Shown piece by piece: positions 19,348 to 30,202 of a stretch of 64,000 nt of DNA. The notes under the pieces are model-generated. The model was not told where the DNA came from and made no database searches. It saw only the letters and a program-made list of their open reading frames with translations. The position numbers and the translations under genes are program-made. The first letter of the stretch is position 1. The number at the start of each line of letters is the position of its first letter. The DNA comes from Bacillota bacterium (GTDB lineage Bacteria; Bacillota; Clostridia; Oscillospirales; Ruminococcaceae), in contig JAEXUW010000013.1 of assembly GCA_023439835.1 (NCBI GenBank), forward strand, positions 22,099 to 86,098, written 5' to 3'.

Positions 19348-20262
19348 ATGGAAAATAATTTTCCGGGCGGGGTATGGCCGGTTATGCTCACCCCCTTCAC
19401 CGCTGATAACAAGGTGGATTTTGACGGGCTGGGAAAGTTGACTGACTGGTATATTCAAAACGGTGCGTTTGGGTTATTTGCGGTTTGTCAGTCAAGCGAA
19501 ATGTTCTATCTTTCTCTTGAGGAAAGAACCGAAATTGCCGATTTTGTTGTAAAAAGAGCGGCGGGGAGAGTTCCGGTAATAGCGTCAGGGCATATTTCAG
19601 ACAGTATGGAGAATCAGGCTAAAGAACTTTGTGAAATCGCAAAAACCGGTGTTGATGCCGTTATACTTATCACAAACAGGCTTGCTAAAGAGGATGAAAG
19701 CGACGAGATATGGCTTTCAAACCTTGAAAAGCTTCTAAAGCTGATTCCAAAGGATATTAAGCTCGGTTTTTACGAGTGTCCTTATCCTTATAAAAGAGTA
19801 ATGTCAAAGGAAATGACAAAAGCGGCGGCAGAGTCGGGAAGATTTTATTTTCTAAAGGACACCTGCTGTGACATCAATCAGATTAAGGACAAGCTTTCGG
19901 TAATAAAAGGAACAAACCTAAAGCTTTATAATGCAAATACCGCTACACTCCTTGAATCATTAAGAGAAGGTGCGGCGGGGTACAGCGGAGTTATGGCAAG
20001 CTTTCAGTGCAGGCTCTACGCAAAGCTATGTGAAAAATACATGGATAAGGGGATTGAGCCGCTTTCTGATATATTGACAATAAGCGCACTAATTGAACGA
20101 CAGTATTATCCTGTGAACGCAAAGTATTACTTACAGCAAAGGGGGGTTATGAAGGAAATTGTTACACGCGTCAGGGAGGCGGACGGACTGACTGAAACCT
20201 TCAAGGAGGAAGTCAGAATGCTTTCAAGAATCACACAACAGACGGAGAAAAATTATTTATAA
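19348..20262 (+). CDS. DapA/NanA-family class I (Schiff-base) aldolase, pyruvate-releasing lyase type
   Basis: 304 aa; TIM-barrel DapA family pattern with a candidate Schiff-base Lys in FLKDTCCD (by analogy with the DapA/NanA lysine context, not verified); RBS AGGAGG. Confidence 0.8.
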   Translation: MENNFPGGVWPVMLTPFTADNKVDFDGLGKLTDWYIQNGAFGLFAVCQSSEMFYLSLEERTEIADFVVKRAAGRVPVIASGHISDSMENQAKELCEIAKTGVDAVILITNRLAKEDESDEIWLSNLEKLLKLIPKDIKLGFYECPYPYKRVMSKEMTKAAAESGRFYFLKDTCCDINQIKDKLSVIKGTNLKLYNANTATLLESLREGAAGYSGVMASFQCRLYAKLCEKYMDKGIEPLSDILTISALIERQYYPVNAKYYLQQRGVMKEIVTRVREADGLTETFKEEVRMLSRITQQTEKNYL

Positions 20263-20283
20263 TTAAACAGTGGAGGAATTAAT

Positions 20284-21261
20284 ATGAAAAAATCAATCGC
20301 AAAAAGAATACTCACCATTGCTGTTGCGGCAACAATGACATTTGCCCTTGCAGGCTGTGGAGCGAAGGATAAGGATTATCCGACAGCTAAGGATGTAACA
20401 GTAATTATTCCTAAGGCACCAGGCGGCGGAACGGATATTTCAGCAAGAGGACTTCTTCAGTATCTGAAGAATAATATTGAGGGTGCTACCTTTGTTCCCA
20501 CAAACAAGCCTGACGGCGGCGGAGTAACAGGAATGGTTGAAACCGCAAACGCTAAGGCTGACGGCTATACTCTCGGAATGGTAACCGTTGAGCTTGCAAT
20601 GTTCCCGCATCAAGACAAGACAACCTTAACATACGCTGACTTTGAAGCAATTTGTGCACCTATCGCTGCACCGGCGGCACTTGTAGTTCCGGCTGACGCA
20701 CCTTATAATTCAGTTGATGAGTTTGTCGCATACGCAAAGGCAAATCCTGATGCGCTTCAGGTTGGAAACTCAGGTATCGGCGCAATCTGGCACATCGCAG
20801 CGCTCTCATTTGAAGAGGAGTTTGATGTTTCCTTCAAGCACATTCCTTATCCTAACGGCTCAGCTGATATCGCTGCTGCCTTAGCTGGCGGACACATCGA
20901 CGCAACTATTGCTGACCCTTCAAACTTTAAAAGTCAGGTTGACGCAGGAAATCTTAAAATTTTAGCTGTTATGGCAGACGCACGTTCAAACCTTTATCCT
21001 GAAGTACCGACCTTTAAAGAGCTTGGACATGACCTTACAATCCGTGCATGGGCAGCACTTGTAGCACCTAAGGACACTCCCGCTGACGTTTTGAAAGCAC
21101 TTAGAGATGCGGCAAAGAAAACCGTTGAATCACAGGAGTTCAAGGATTATCTTCTTAATCAGGGTATCGACCCAGTTGTTATCATCGGTGAGGACTGTAA
21201 CCAAATGATGAAGGAAGACCACGAAATGTTCAAAGAAATGCTTGCTAAAGCCGGCGAGTAA
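20284..21261 (+). CDS. tctC: Tripartite tricarboxylate transporter substrate-binding lipoprotein TctC
   Basis: Lipobox LAGCGA; TctC (Bug) family periplasmic-binding fold sequence. Confidence 0.85.
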   Translation: MKKSIAKRILTIAVAATMTFALAGCGAKDKDYPTAKDVTVIIPKAPGGGTDISARGLLQYLKNNIEGATFVPTNKPDGGGVTGMVETANAKADGYTLGMVTVELAMFPHQDKTTLTYADFEAICAPIAAPAALVVPADAPYNSVDEFVAYAKANPDALQVGNSGIGAIWHIAALSFEEEFDVSFKHIPYPNGSADIAAALAGGHIDATIADPSNFKSQVDAGNLKILAVMADARSNLYPEVPTFKELGHDLTIRAWAALVAPKDTPADVLKALRDAAKKTVESQEFKDYLLNQGIDPVVIIGEDCNQMMKEDHEMFKEMLAKAGE

Positions 21262-21340
21262 TTCATAAATCAAAAACAGGATTGCGAGGGCACCGGCTCT
21301 CGCAATCTCCATATTAAAATAAAAAGGAAGGAGCAAGCTT

Positions 21341-21811
21341 ATGGGCAACATGAAAAAATGCAACTATATCATTTCGGGAATATCGGCAATTCTCGGTATA
21401 ATAATAATGTTCTTGTCACAAAAACTGTCCATAGATTTTACAAAGCACGGTCCCGGTGCCGGATTCTGGCCCTTTATACTCGGAATAATAATGACTGCAG
21501 TTTCTGTCATTCTGTTTATAGCGACCGTAATAAACAAAAAAAAGCTCGAAGAAATCCCTGTCGTCTTAAATTCACACGGCAACAAAAAGGTCTATATCAT
21601 GATGGGGGTAATAACTGGCTTCTGCGTTTTGTTGCCCGTAATAGGCTTTTATCTTTCAATGCTTCTCTTTCTTCCTCTAAATATGCTTGTTTTGGGAATG
21701 AAAAGCAAGAAGAAAATTGCGATTTTCACAGTGATAATTCTAGTGATGGTATATGTTGTTTTTGAAATGCTTTTAAAAACAGTGATGCCAAAGCCATTTT
21801 TCATGGAATAG
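21341..21811 (+). CDS. tctB: Tripartite tricarboxylate transporter small membrane subunit TctB
   Basis: 156 aa, four TM helices, DUF1468-like; between tctC and tctA. Confidence 0.75.
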   Translation: MGNMKKCNYIISGISAILGIIIMFLSQKLSIDFTKHGPGAGFWPFILGIIMTAVSVILFIATVINKKKLEEIPVVLNSHGNKKVYIMMGVITGFCVLLPVIGFYLSMLLFLPLNMLVLGMKSKKKIAIFTVIILVMVYVVFEMLLKTVMPKPFFME

Positions 21812-21824
21812 GAGGGGGAACTTT

Positions 21825-23339
21825 ATGAATGATGTTATAACGGCGCTTGGTCAAATCTTTCAGCTTTCAAATATAATAGCGCTTGTTTTCGGCACAGCCG
21901 CGGGAATACTTATCGGCGCCCTCCCCGGATTATCGGTTAATATGGGAATAGCACTGCTGTTTCCGCTCACCTTCACACTTGAGGGTATCGGCGGAATAAT
22001 AATGCTGCTCGGAATATACTGCGGCGCCATATACGGCGGCTCAATATCGGCGATTTTGTTAAAAACCCCCGGCACTCCCGCATCGGCGGCGACAACCCTT
22101 GACGGCTACCCTATGGCTGTGAAATACGGTCAGCCGGGGCGTGCGCTCGGGCTTTCGACCTTCGGCAGTATGTTCGGCGGAGTTTTCAGCACAATTTGTC
22201 TTATTCTTCTCGCGCCACAGCTCGCAAAAATAGCACTTCAGTTTTCAAAGCCCGAATACTTTGCGCTGGCTATTTTTGGAATAAGCATTATTACAAGCGT
22301 TTCGTCAGGCTCTGTTTTAAAAGGCTTGATAGGCGGGCTTATCGGTCTTTTCATTTCAACAATCGGAATAGACGCAATGAGCGGAAAAATCCGCTTCACG
22401 TTTGGGACAACCTATCTTTTAGGCGGAATATCATTTATTCCGATTCTAATCGGGCTGTTTGCCTTCTCACAGGTTTTGACAACTCTCGAAGAAAGCTTCT
22501 CAGAGCAGAAAACAGAAAAGAAGAATATAAAAATCGATCGTGTTTTGCCGACATGGTCAGATTTAAAAAGATGTATGGTAACGCTCTTTCGTTCATCCTT
22601 TATAGGGACATTTATCGGGTGCATACCCGGAACAGGCGGAGATATATCGTCCTTTATCGCATACGATCAGGCTAAACGCTGGTCAAAGCATAAAGACAAT
22701 TTCGGAAACGGTGAGCCGGAGGGGATTGTTGCACCCGAAGCGGGGAACAACTCAGTTTCGGGCGGTGCGTTTATCCCAGTGCTGACGCTGGGAATCCCCG
22801 GTGACGGTGCGACAGCGATAATGCTGGGCGCATTGATGGTTAAGGGAATTCAGCCCGGACCGCTTCTTTTCACAAATCAAGCTTCAAGCGTGTATTCAAT
22901 TTTCATCGGGCTTATGCTCGCAAATTTAGTTATGGGGCTTTTCGGCTTTTCTCTAATCAGACTTTTTGTCAAGGTTATAAATGTTCCAAAGCAAATACTT
23001 CTTCCGGTAATATTCACGCTCACCTTTGTGGGTGCGTACTCCTACAACAAATCGCTAAACGACGTTTATGTGATGGTCGCCGCGGGCTTTTTAGGCTATT
23101 TTTTAAGCAAGATGCAGTTTTCAATGTCTGCGGTCATTATCGGTATAATTCTGGGCGGAATGGCGGAGGCTAATTTCACAGGCTCGCTTATCATGAGTGA
23201 CGGAAAGCTCTCGGTATTCTTCTCACGTCCGATAAGCGCAACGTTCCTCACAATAGCAATACTCAGCCTCTTGTCACCGATTTTCAAGCCGCTTTTCAAA
23301 AAAATATTTAAGTCAAGAAGCAAAGCACAGGCTTCTTAG
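21825..23339 (+). CDS. tctA: Tripartite tricarboxylate transporter large permease TctA
   Basis: 504 aa polytopic membrane protein with TctA family repeats. Confidence 0.9.
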   Translation: MNDVITALGQIFQLSNIIALVFGTAAGILIGALPGLSVNMGIALLFPLTFTLEGIGGIIMLLGIYCGAIYGGSISAILLKTPGTPASAATTLDGYPMAVKYGQPGRALGLSTFGSMFGGVFSTICLILLAPQLAKIALQFSKPEYFALAIFGISIITSVSSGSVLKGLIGGLIGLFISTIGIDAMSGKIRFTFGTTYLLGGISFIPILIGLFAFSQVLTTLEESFSEQKTEKKNIKIDRVLPTWSDLKRCMVTLFRSSFIGTFIGCIPGTGGDISSFIAYDQAKRWSKHKDNFGNGEPEGIVAPEAGNNSVSGGAFIPVLTLGIPGDGATAIMLGALMVKGIQPGPLLFTNQASSVYSIFIGLMLANLVMGLFGFSLIRLFVKVINVPKQILLPVIFTLTFVGAYSYNKSLNDVYVMVAAGFLGYFLSKMQFSMSAVIIGIILGGMAEANFTGSLIMSDGKLSVFFSRPISATFLTIAILSLLSPIFKPLFKKIFKSRSKAQAS

Positions 23340-23348
23340 GAGGAGAAA

Positions 23349-25109
23349 ATGAATTATCCTAAAATAGGAATTAGACCCATTATCGATGGCAGACGCTTAG
23401 GAATAAGAGAAAGCCTTGAAGAAAAAACTATGAGCATGGCAAATGCCGCAAAAAAGCTTATTGAAAGCAATGTCTTTTATGCCGACAAAACGCCAGTTCA
23501 ATGCGTTATATCACCCTGCACAATAGGCGGAGGAGCGGAAGCGGCAAAATGCGCCGAATTCTTCTCAACACAAAATGTATGTGCAACACTTTCGGTTACC
23601 CCCTGCTGGTGCTATGGAAGTGAAACGATGGATATTGACCCCTCAACAATTAAAGCTGTGTGGGGTTTTAACGGAACACAGCGTCCGGGCGCTGTTTATC
23701 TTGCGGCGGTTATGTCGGCACATGAGCAGAGGGGACTGCCTGCATTTTCAATCTACGGCAAAGACGTTCAAGACCTTGAGGACAATTCAATTCCAACCGA
23801 CGTTTCAGAAAAAATCCTGCGCTTTGCACGCTGTGCGGCGGCAGTGGGACAGATTAAGAGCAGAGCATATATAAATATAGGAAGCGTTTCAATGGGAATA
23901 GCCGGCTCTGACTGCAACGCTGAATTTATACAGAAATATCTGGGGCTTCGTGCCGAATGGGTTGATATGACTGAGGTTTTGAGAAGAATCAAGCTTGGTA
24001 TTTTCGATGAAGCCGAATTTGAAAAGGCTCTTAACTGGACAAGGGAGAATTGTAAGGAGGGCTTTGACAAAAACTCCTCACCCCACACTCGTGAGGAAAA
24101 GGACGCCGAGTGGGAATTTGTTGTCAAGCTCACGCTAATATGCCGTGATATTATGCTCGGAAACGAAAAGCTCGCTGACAAGGGCTTCGATGAAGAAGCA
24201 CTTGGCAGAAACGGTATATGCGGCGGCTTTCAAGGACAGAGAATGTGGTCGGACTGGCAGCCTAACGGGGATTTCACAGAGGCGATATTAAACTCAACCT
24301 TTGACTGGAACGGAAAAAGACAGCCTGTTGTTTTTGCGACCGAAAACGACGGCTTAAACGGACTTTCAATGCTGTTCGGGCATCTTGTTACAAATGCGGC
24401 AAGCGTTTTTGCAGACGTGAGAACCTATTGGAGTCCCGAAGCTGTCGAAAGGGTTACCGGCGAAAAGCTGACGGGAATCGCCGAAAACGGCTTCATTCAC
24501 CTTATCAATTCCGGCTCGGCGGCACTTGATGCCTGCGGCGAGGTCAAGGACGAAAACGGAAACGCTGTGATGAAACGCTGGTGGGATATGACTGATGATG
24601 ATATTTCAGCCTGTCTTAAAGCAACCGACTGGTGCCCCGCCGACCTTTCATATTTCAGAGGTGGCGGCTTCTCGTCACACTTCAATACAATGGCACAAAT
24701 GCCTGTCACAATGACAAGATTAAATTTAATTTCAGGGCTTGGACCTGTTTTGCAGATTGCGGAAGGGTATACGGTTGTGCTCCCCGAAAAGGTTCACAAG
24801 GCGCTTGAGCAGAGAACAGACCCCACATGGCCGACGACCTGGTTTGTTCCCCGCCTGACAGGAAAGGGAGCTTTCAGGGATGTTTATTCTGTGATGGCAA
24901 ACTGGGGCGCAAATCACGGCAGCTTTAATTTCGGGCATATCGGAAAGGACTTAATCACGCTGGCGTCAATGCTGAGAATTCCCGTATCACTTCACAATGT
25001 TGACGAGGGAGATATATTCCGCCCTCACGCTTGGGCGGCATTCGGCACAGACGGGATTGAGGCGGCGGATTACCGCGCGTGTCAGACCTATGGTGCATTA
25101 TACAGATAA
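23349..25109 (+). CDS. fucI: L-fucose/D-arabinose isomerase (FucI family)
   Basis: 586 aa; near-colinear with E. coli FucI ([58 protein letters not shown]). Confidence 0.9.
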   Translation: MNYPKIGIRPIIDGRRLGIRESLEEKTMSMANAAKKLIESNVFYADKTPVQCVISPCTIGGGAEAAKCAEFFSTQNVCATLSVTPCWCYGSETMDIDPSTIKAVWGFNGTQRPGAVYLAAVMSAHEQRGLPAFSIYGKDVQDLEDNSIPTDVSEKILRFARCAAAVGQIKSRAYINIGSVSMGIAGSDCNAEFIQKYLGLRAEWVDMTEVLRRIKLGIFDEAEFEKALNWTRENCKEGFDKNSSPHTREEKDAEWEFVVKLTLICRDIMLGNEKLADKGFDEEALGRNGICGGFQGQRMWSDWQPNGDFTEAILNSTFDWNGKRQPVVFATENDGLNGLSMLFGHLVTNAASVFADVRTYWSPEAVERVTGEKLTGIAENGFIHLINSGSAALDACGEVKDENGNAVMKRWWDMTDDDISACLKATDWCPADLSYFRGGGFSSHFNTMAQMPVTMTRLNLISGLGPVLQIAEGYTVVLPEKVHKALEQRTDPTWPTTWFVPRLTGKGAFRDVYSVMANWGANHGSFNFGHIGKDLITLASMLRIPVSLHNVDEGDIFRPHAWAAFGTDGIEAADYRACQTYGALYR

Positions 25110-25126
25110 TTTTCGGAGGGAAATGA

Positions 25127-26806
25127 ATGAAACGCTATACTATCGGGCTTGATTACGGGACTCTGTCGGTCAGGGCTTTGCTTCTCGACATTGAAACGGG
25201 CGAGGAGGTTTTGACGTCAGTTTATGACTATCCGCACGGTGTAATGGAAAAAAACCTTCACGACGGGACTGCTCTTGGCGAGGCATGGGCTTTACAGCAC
25301 CCGCAGGATTATATTGACGGCTTTTGTGAAACTGTACGTGAGCTTCTTGAAAAAACTGAAATTTCACCCGAAAGTATTATCGGCATCGGTGTTGACTTCA
25401 CCTCCTGCACTATTCTTCCCACAAAAAAAGACGGCACACCGCTTTGTCTTATTGAGGAGTACAAAAGCGTTCCTCATTCATATGTCAAGCTGTGGAAGCA
25501 CCATAGTGCACAGTACTGCGCCGATATTCTAAATGAAACAGCCGAGAAAATGAACGAGCCGTGGCTTGCACTCTACGGCGGAAAGATTTCAAGCGAATGG
25601 CTTGTTCCAAAGGCGATGCAGATTGCAAAGGAAGCGCCCGACATTTATAAAGCCGCCGAGCGTATAATCGAAGCCGGCGACTGGCTTGTCTGGCGGCTGA
25701 CGGGGAACGAGGCAAGAAGTGCGTGCAACGCTGGCTATAAAGCGTTATATCACCATAAAAACGGCTATCCGTCAAAGGAATTTTTCAAAGCGCTTGACCC
25801 TTTGCTTGAAAATATCGTTCTTGAAAAGCTTTCAACTGACATTAAACCTCTCGGCTCTTGTGCGGGCTTTCTAACAAAGGAAATGGCTGAGAAATCAGGG
25901 CTTTGTGAGGGGACGGCGGTTGCTGTCGGAATAATCGACGCTCATGCCTCCGTTCCCGCCTGCAGAATTGACGGACCGGGGAAAATGCTCATGATTATGG
26001 GCACCTCAACCTGTCACATGCTGCTTTCCGAAAAGGAAATGGGTGTGAGCGGAACCTGCGGCATTGTCAAGGACGGGATTCTTCCAGGCTCATTCGGATA
26101 TGAGGCGGGGCAAAGCTGTGTTGGCGACCATTTTTCGTGGTTTGTTGATTATTGCTGTCCGCCAGAATACAAGGACGAGGCAAAGGAAAAGGGAATTTCA
26201 ATTCACAGGCTTTTGGGCGAGAAGGCGGCGCTTAAAAAGCCGGGCGAGAGCGGACTTCTAGCGCTCGACTGGTTCAACGGTGTCAGAAGCGACCTCATGG
26301 ATTTTGACCTCTCGGGGCTTATTATGGGGATGACACTGCTTACCCGTCCGGAGGATATTTACCGTGCGCTGATTGAAGCTACGGCTTTCGGCACAAGGCA
26401 GATTATAGAAGCCTTTGAAAAGGGCGGGGTTTTTGTTGATGAGCTTTATGCTGCCGGCGGTATAGCCGAAAAGGACGCTTTCACTATGCAACTTTACGCT
26501 GATATCTGCAACAAAACCATAAAAATTTCTGGGAGTGCACAGTCGGGTGCTTTGGGAAGTGCTATTTTCGGAATAGGTGCGGCGGGGACAGAAAAAAGCG
26601 GTTATAAAAACGTTAATGAAGCAGCATTAAAGCTTGGGAAAATCAAGGACATTGTCTATACTCCTATTCCTGAAAATGCTAAGGTTTATGAGGAGCTTTT
26701 CGCAGAGTATGTACTCTTGCACGATTATTTCGGAAAAGGTCAAAATGATGTTATGAAACGACTTCGCAAAATTAAGCTGATTCAAAAAGGGGACAGTGCA
26801 AAATGA
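25127..26806 (+). CDS. FGGY-family carbohydrate kinase, ribulokinase (AraB)-like
   Basis: 559 aa; N-terminus [23 protein letters not shown] closely resembles AraB (IGLDFGSDSVRAL); FGGY N and C domains. Confidence 0.85.
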   Translation: MKRYTIGLDYGTLSVRALLLDIETGEEVLTSVYDYPHGVMEKNLHDGTALGEAWALQHPQDYIDGFCETVRELLEKTEISPESIIGIGVDFTSCTILPTKKDGTPLCLIEEYKSVPHSYVKLWKHHSAQYCADILNETAEKMNEPWLALYGGKISSEWLVPKAMQIAKEAPDIYKAAERIIEAGDWLVWRLTGNEARSACNAGYKALYHHKNGYPSKEFFKALDPLLENIVLEKLSTDIKPLGSCAGFLTKEMAEKSGLCEGTAVAVGIIDAHASVPACRIDGPGKMLMIMGTSTCHMLLSEKEMGVSGTCGIVKDGILPGSFGYEAGQSCVGDHFSWFVDYCCPPEYKDEAKEKGISIHRLLGEKAALKKPGESGLLALDWFNGVRSDLMDFDLSGLIMGMTLLTRPEDIYRALIEATAFGTRQIIEAFEKGGVFVDELYAAGGIAEKDAFTMQLYADICNKTIKISGSAQSGALGSAIFGIGAAGTEKSGYKNVNEAALKLGKIKDIVYTPIPENAKVYEELFAEYVLLHDYFGKGQNDVMKRLRKIKLIQKGDSAK

Positions 26807-27261
26807 TTATTACAAATCTTGAGCTTTGCTCAGAGTATAAAAAGCTGATTCCCGACATAAATAAAGCCGTCAGAACCATTAAAGGGCTGACTGAATTCAA
26901 GGTTGGACGCTATGAAACAAACTTTGGCTTCTATATGCTTCAGGAGGGGGAAACCCGTCCGCTCAAAGAAGCGCTTTTTGAAACCCATAATAAATATATT
27001 GACATTCAGTATATTTATGAGGGGGAAGAGGTTGTCGAATGGGCGGACAGAGCGTGTTGTTTAATTGCTGTTTTGCACGACGATGAAAAGGACATTGCCT
27101 TTTTCACAGCACAGGAAAAGGACACAATTCGCTTCACAGCAAAAAAAGGAATGTGCTATATTGTTTTTCCGAATGATGCACACAAGCCCTGCTGTCACAT
27201 TGACGAGCCCACACAATATAAAAAGGTTGTGTTCAAGCTTGAGCATTCAGAAACAGTATGA
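26803..27261 (+). CDS. YhcH/YjgK/YiaL family protein (DUF386; sugar-acid anomerase/mutarotase-like, NanQ family)
   Basis: 152 aa; conserved blocks [28 protein letters not shown] matching E. coli YhcH. Confidence 0.8.
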   Translation: MIITNLELCSEYKKLIPDINKAVRTIKGLTEFKVGRYETNFGFYMLQEGETRPLKEALFETHNKYIDIQYIYEGEEVVEWADRACCLIAVLHDDEKDIAFFTAQEKDTIRFTAKKGMCYIVFPNDAHKPCCHIDEPTQYKKVVFKLEHSETV

Positions 27262-27265
27262 CTGT

Positions 27266-27300
27266 GACCGCAGGGGGGCTTCCTCCTGCGGTTTTAATAT
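27266..27300 (+). terminator. Rho-independent terminator ending the IclR-regulated cluster
   Basis: ccgcagg ggggcttcct cctgcgg followed by TTTTAAT. Confidence 0.7.
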
Positions 27301-27337
27301 GTATAGTAAGTTTATTAAAGTATTTATAAGTTTTATC

Positions 27338-27366
27338 TTGACAATTAAATAATGAGTAATTATAAT
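27338..27366 (+). promoter_or_regulatory. Consensus sigma-A promoter (TTGACA-17-TATAAT) for the downstream ABC transporter, followed by an approx 115-nt structured leader
   Basis: TTGACA 27338-27343, 17-nt spacer, TATAAT 27361-27366; leader contains 8-bp stem GGUGACAC/GUGUCAUC. Confidence 0.6.
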
Positions 27367-27485
27367 TGTTTTATCCCATTTCCCGAAAAAATAAAGAAAG
27401 GGTGACACGGCGTGATTTATGACTGTGTCTTGCGGGAAAGCGGGGTGTCATCGGCAATTGTTTTTACATAAAAAGAAAGGTAACT

Positions 27486-28532
27486 ATGGACACAATAATT
27501 AAACTAACAAATCTAGAAAAAACATTTAAAGTACTAAATCGCCATGAAGGACTAAAGGGGAGCATCAAAGACCTTTTTTCAAGAGACTATAAATACGTCA
27601 AGGCTGTGGACGGCGTATCAATGAGCATTGAAAAGGGTGAGATTGTCGGATATTTAGGTCCTAACGGTGCCGGAAAGTCAACCACAATAAAAATGATGAC
27701 CGGCGTACTTGAACCTAGCGCCGGCGAAATTACAGTCAACGGGCTTGTCCCACACAAAAACAGAGTTCAGAACGCTCAAAACATCGGCGTAGTTTTCGGA
27801 CAGCGAACACAGCTTTGGTGGGCACTTCCGGTAATTGAATCCTTTAAGATACTCAAAGAGATTTACGGTATTGACACTAAGGCTTATAACGACAACATTG
27901 AGCTTTTTGACAGCATAGTCAACATCAGCTCGCTTTTCATGAAGCCTGTCAGACAAATGTCACTCGGTCAGAGAACGCTTTGTGATATCGCCGCATCCTT
28001 CCTTCACAATCCTGGGGTTGTTTTTCTTGATGAGCCGACTATCGGGCTTGATATTTCAATGAAAAGTAAAATTCGTGATATTATCAGACAGATTAATGCC
28101 GTCAGAGGAACGACAATAATTCTCACAACCCACGATATCGGCGATATTGAGGCACTTTGCAAGAGAGTTGTCATCATCGACAAGGGCAAGATGGTTTATG
28201 ACAATGATTTTGAAAAGCTCAAGGACAAATACGGAAAGTACAGAACTCTGAAAATTACTCTCGCTGACATCGATAAAAAAGATAACCTTGTTTCAGGGAT
28301 AACACAGAAATATTCACAAAGCGGTGCTGTCAGCTTTCTAAAAAAGGAAGAAGGAGAGCAGGAGGCTTCAACCGAATGGATTGAAATGCTGATAAATGAG
28401 GATGTTGAGCCGCTTGCTAACGTGCTCAATGATTGTATGAAGCTTTCGGAGGTAAACGATATCAAAATCGAAGAAATCCGGACGGAGGATATAATCAGAA
28501 AGATTTATGAAGGTGATAAGGATGAAGCTTAG
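27486..28532 (+). CDS. ABC transporter ATP-binding protein with C-terminal extension
   Basis: Walker A GPNGAGKST, signature LSLGQRT, Walker B FLDEPT, H-loop; about 100-aa acidic C-terminal domain. Confidence 0.9.
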   Translation: MDTIIKLTNLEKTFKVLNRHEGLKGSIKDLFSRDYKYVKAVDGVSMSIEKGEIVGYLGPNGAGKSTTIKMMTGVLEPSAGEITVNGLVPHKNRVQNAQNIGVVFGQRTQLWWALPVIESFKILKEIYGIDTKAYNDNIELFDSIVNISSLFMKPVRQMSLGQRTLCDIAASFLHNPGVVFLDEPTIGLDISMKSKIRDIIRQINAVRGTTIILTTHDIGDIEALCKRVVIIDKGKMVYDNDFEKLKDKYGKYRTLKITLADIDKKDNLVSGITQKYSQSGAVSFLKKEEGEQEASTEWIEMLINEDVEPLANVLNDCMKLSEVNDIKIEEIRTEDIIRKIYEGDKDEA

Positions 28533-29325
28533 AGGCGCACTAACGCTGGCTAAGGCTTCGTTTCTTGAGGCCTCGGCTTTCAGGCTATATTTTCTTTTCA
28601 CAATAATCAGCAACTTCTTCTATATGATTTTGATTTATTTTCTTTGGAAGGCAATCTTCTCAAGCGTTGAAACAGTAACTATCAACGGCATGACCTTTCA
28701 GCAGACGTTCATATATCTGGCTCTTGCGGGGTGTATTTCGACGGTGATGATGACCTATGCCGAGTGGACGATATCCAGAGATGTCCGTGACGGAACAATC
28801 GTCATGATGCTCATTAAGCCTATGGATTATCAGGCTATTGTGCTTTCAAAGCATCTCGGTGATATTTTCACAAACTTTCTAATAATATTTCTTCCGAGCT
28901 TTGTGGTCGTATGGGCGCTTGCTGGCGACGGGCTTGTTGTCGGCATCAATTTAGTATTCTTTCTGATAGCATTTGTTTTTGCGGCGGCGATTAACCTGAT
29001 TTTCGACTTTATGATAGGGCTGTTCGCTTTTTATACCGAAAGTGTATGGGGAATAAGCACGATGAAGGACGTTATCGTCACACTTCTTGCCGGTGCGGCA
29101 ATACCTCTTGCATTTTTCCCCGACGGGTTAAGAAGGATTGTTGAGTGGCTTCCCTTTCAGGCGATCTATAATCTTCCGCTTCAGATTCTCGTCAACAATT
29201 CACTGAGAACGACGGACTTTTTGATTATTCTCGCCAAGCAGCTTTTCTGGCTTGTATTTCTTCTTGGCGTCAGCAGGTTATGCTTTAACAAGGCGAAAAC
29301 CGCAGTAACCATAAACGGAGGTTGA
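28522..29325 (+). CDS. ABC-2 family transporter permease
   Basis: six predicted TM helices; start chosen at MKLRGALT (RBS AAGGTGA); overlaps ATPase gene. Confidence 0.65.
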   Translation: MKLRGALTLAKASFLEASAFRLYFLFTIISNFFYMILIYFLWKAIFSSVETVTINGMTFQQTFIYLALAGCISTVMMTYAEWTISRDVRDGTIVMMLIKPMDYQAIVLSKHLGDIFTNFLIIFLPSFVVVWALAGDGLVVGINLVFFLIAFVFAAAINLIFDFMIGLFAFYTESVWGISTMKDVIVTLLAGAAIPLAFFPDGLRRIVEWLPFQAIYNLPLQILVNNSLRTTDFLIILAKQLFWLVFLLGVSRLCFNKAKTAVTINGG

Positions 29326-29328
29326 GCC

Positions 29329-30129
29329 ATGAAGAGAAGCTTTACAAATTACGCGAGAATATATCTCATGATGATTTCTCAGGATTTCAAATCAAAAATG
29401 GCATACCGTGCCGATTTTATTATAAGCACAGCCGCAATGGTGCTCATGAATTTTGGTGGGCTTGCCTCGTTCTGGCTGATTTTCAACTCTATTCCGGCGA
29501 TAAAGGGCTTTTCATATGACGAGCTGATTTTCATGTATGGTTTTTCAATTTTGGCGGCGACTCCGCTTCAGCTTTTCTTTGATAATCTCTGGCAGCTTTG
29601 GATAGTCACCTTAAACGGCGACTTCATCAAATACTGCTTTAAGCCGCTGAATCTTTTCTTCTATTTTGTCGCCGAAACCTTTGACGTAAAGGGACTGGGC
29701 CAGCTTTTGTTCGGAATAATCACTTTTGTTTACGGCTGGAACAGGCTTAACATTCCGGTCAATCTCACCAACATAACAATGCTTGTCTTTTCGCTGATAG
29801 GTGCGTCGCTTGTTCTCATCGGAATAATGGTGTTTGCGTCGGTCGGCTCGTTTATAACGATTCACGGCGCAACCATAATGATTTTCTTTATACGTTTTCG
29901 GGACTATGCGAGATACCCCATGACGATTTTCAACGCTTTCTTCAAGTTTGTTTTTACTTTTATTATTCCTATTGGGTTCTTGTCATTTTATCCGGCAATG
30001 TTCTTTTTAAGACCTGAAAGTCACCTGCTCATGGCATTTTTATCCCCTGTTGTGGGAATACTGATTTTCTATCTCGCATATAAGCTGTGGCTTCATGTCG
30101 CAACAAAATATGCGGGAACTGGAACATAG
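29329..30129 (+). CDS. ABC-2 family transporter permease (second)
   Basis: 266 aa polytopic membrane protein; RBS GGAGG; paralogous to the preceding permease. Confidence 0.65.
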   Translation: MKRSFTNYARIYLMMISQDFKSKMAYRADFIISTAAMVLMNFGGLASFWLIFNSIPAIKGFSYDELIFMYGFSILAATPLQLFFDNLWQLWIVTLNGDFIKYCFKPLNLFFYFVAETFDVKGLGQLLFGIITFVYGWNRLNIPVNLTNITMLVFSLIGASLVLIGIMVFASVGSFITIHGATIMIFFIRFRDYARYPMTIFNAFFKFVFTFIIPIGFLSFYPAMFFLRPESHLLMAFLSPVVGILIFYLAYKLWLHVATKYAGTGT

Positions 30130-30202
30130 GAGTTTTTTATTATAACAAGGGATACTATTAACATGGTATCAGTTCATGGAGATGATAAATTTTTAAACCG
30201 AG

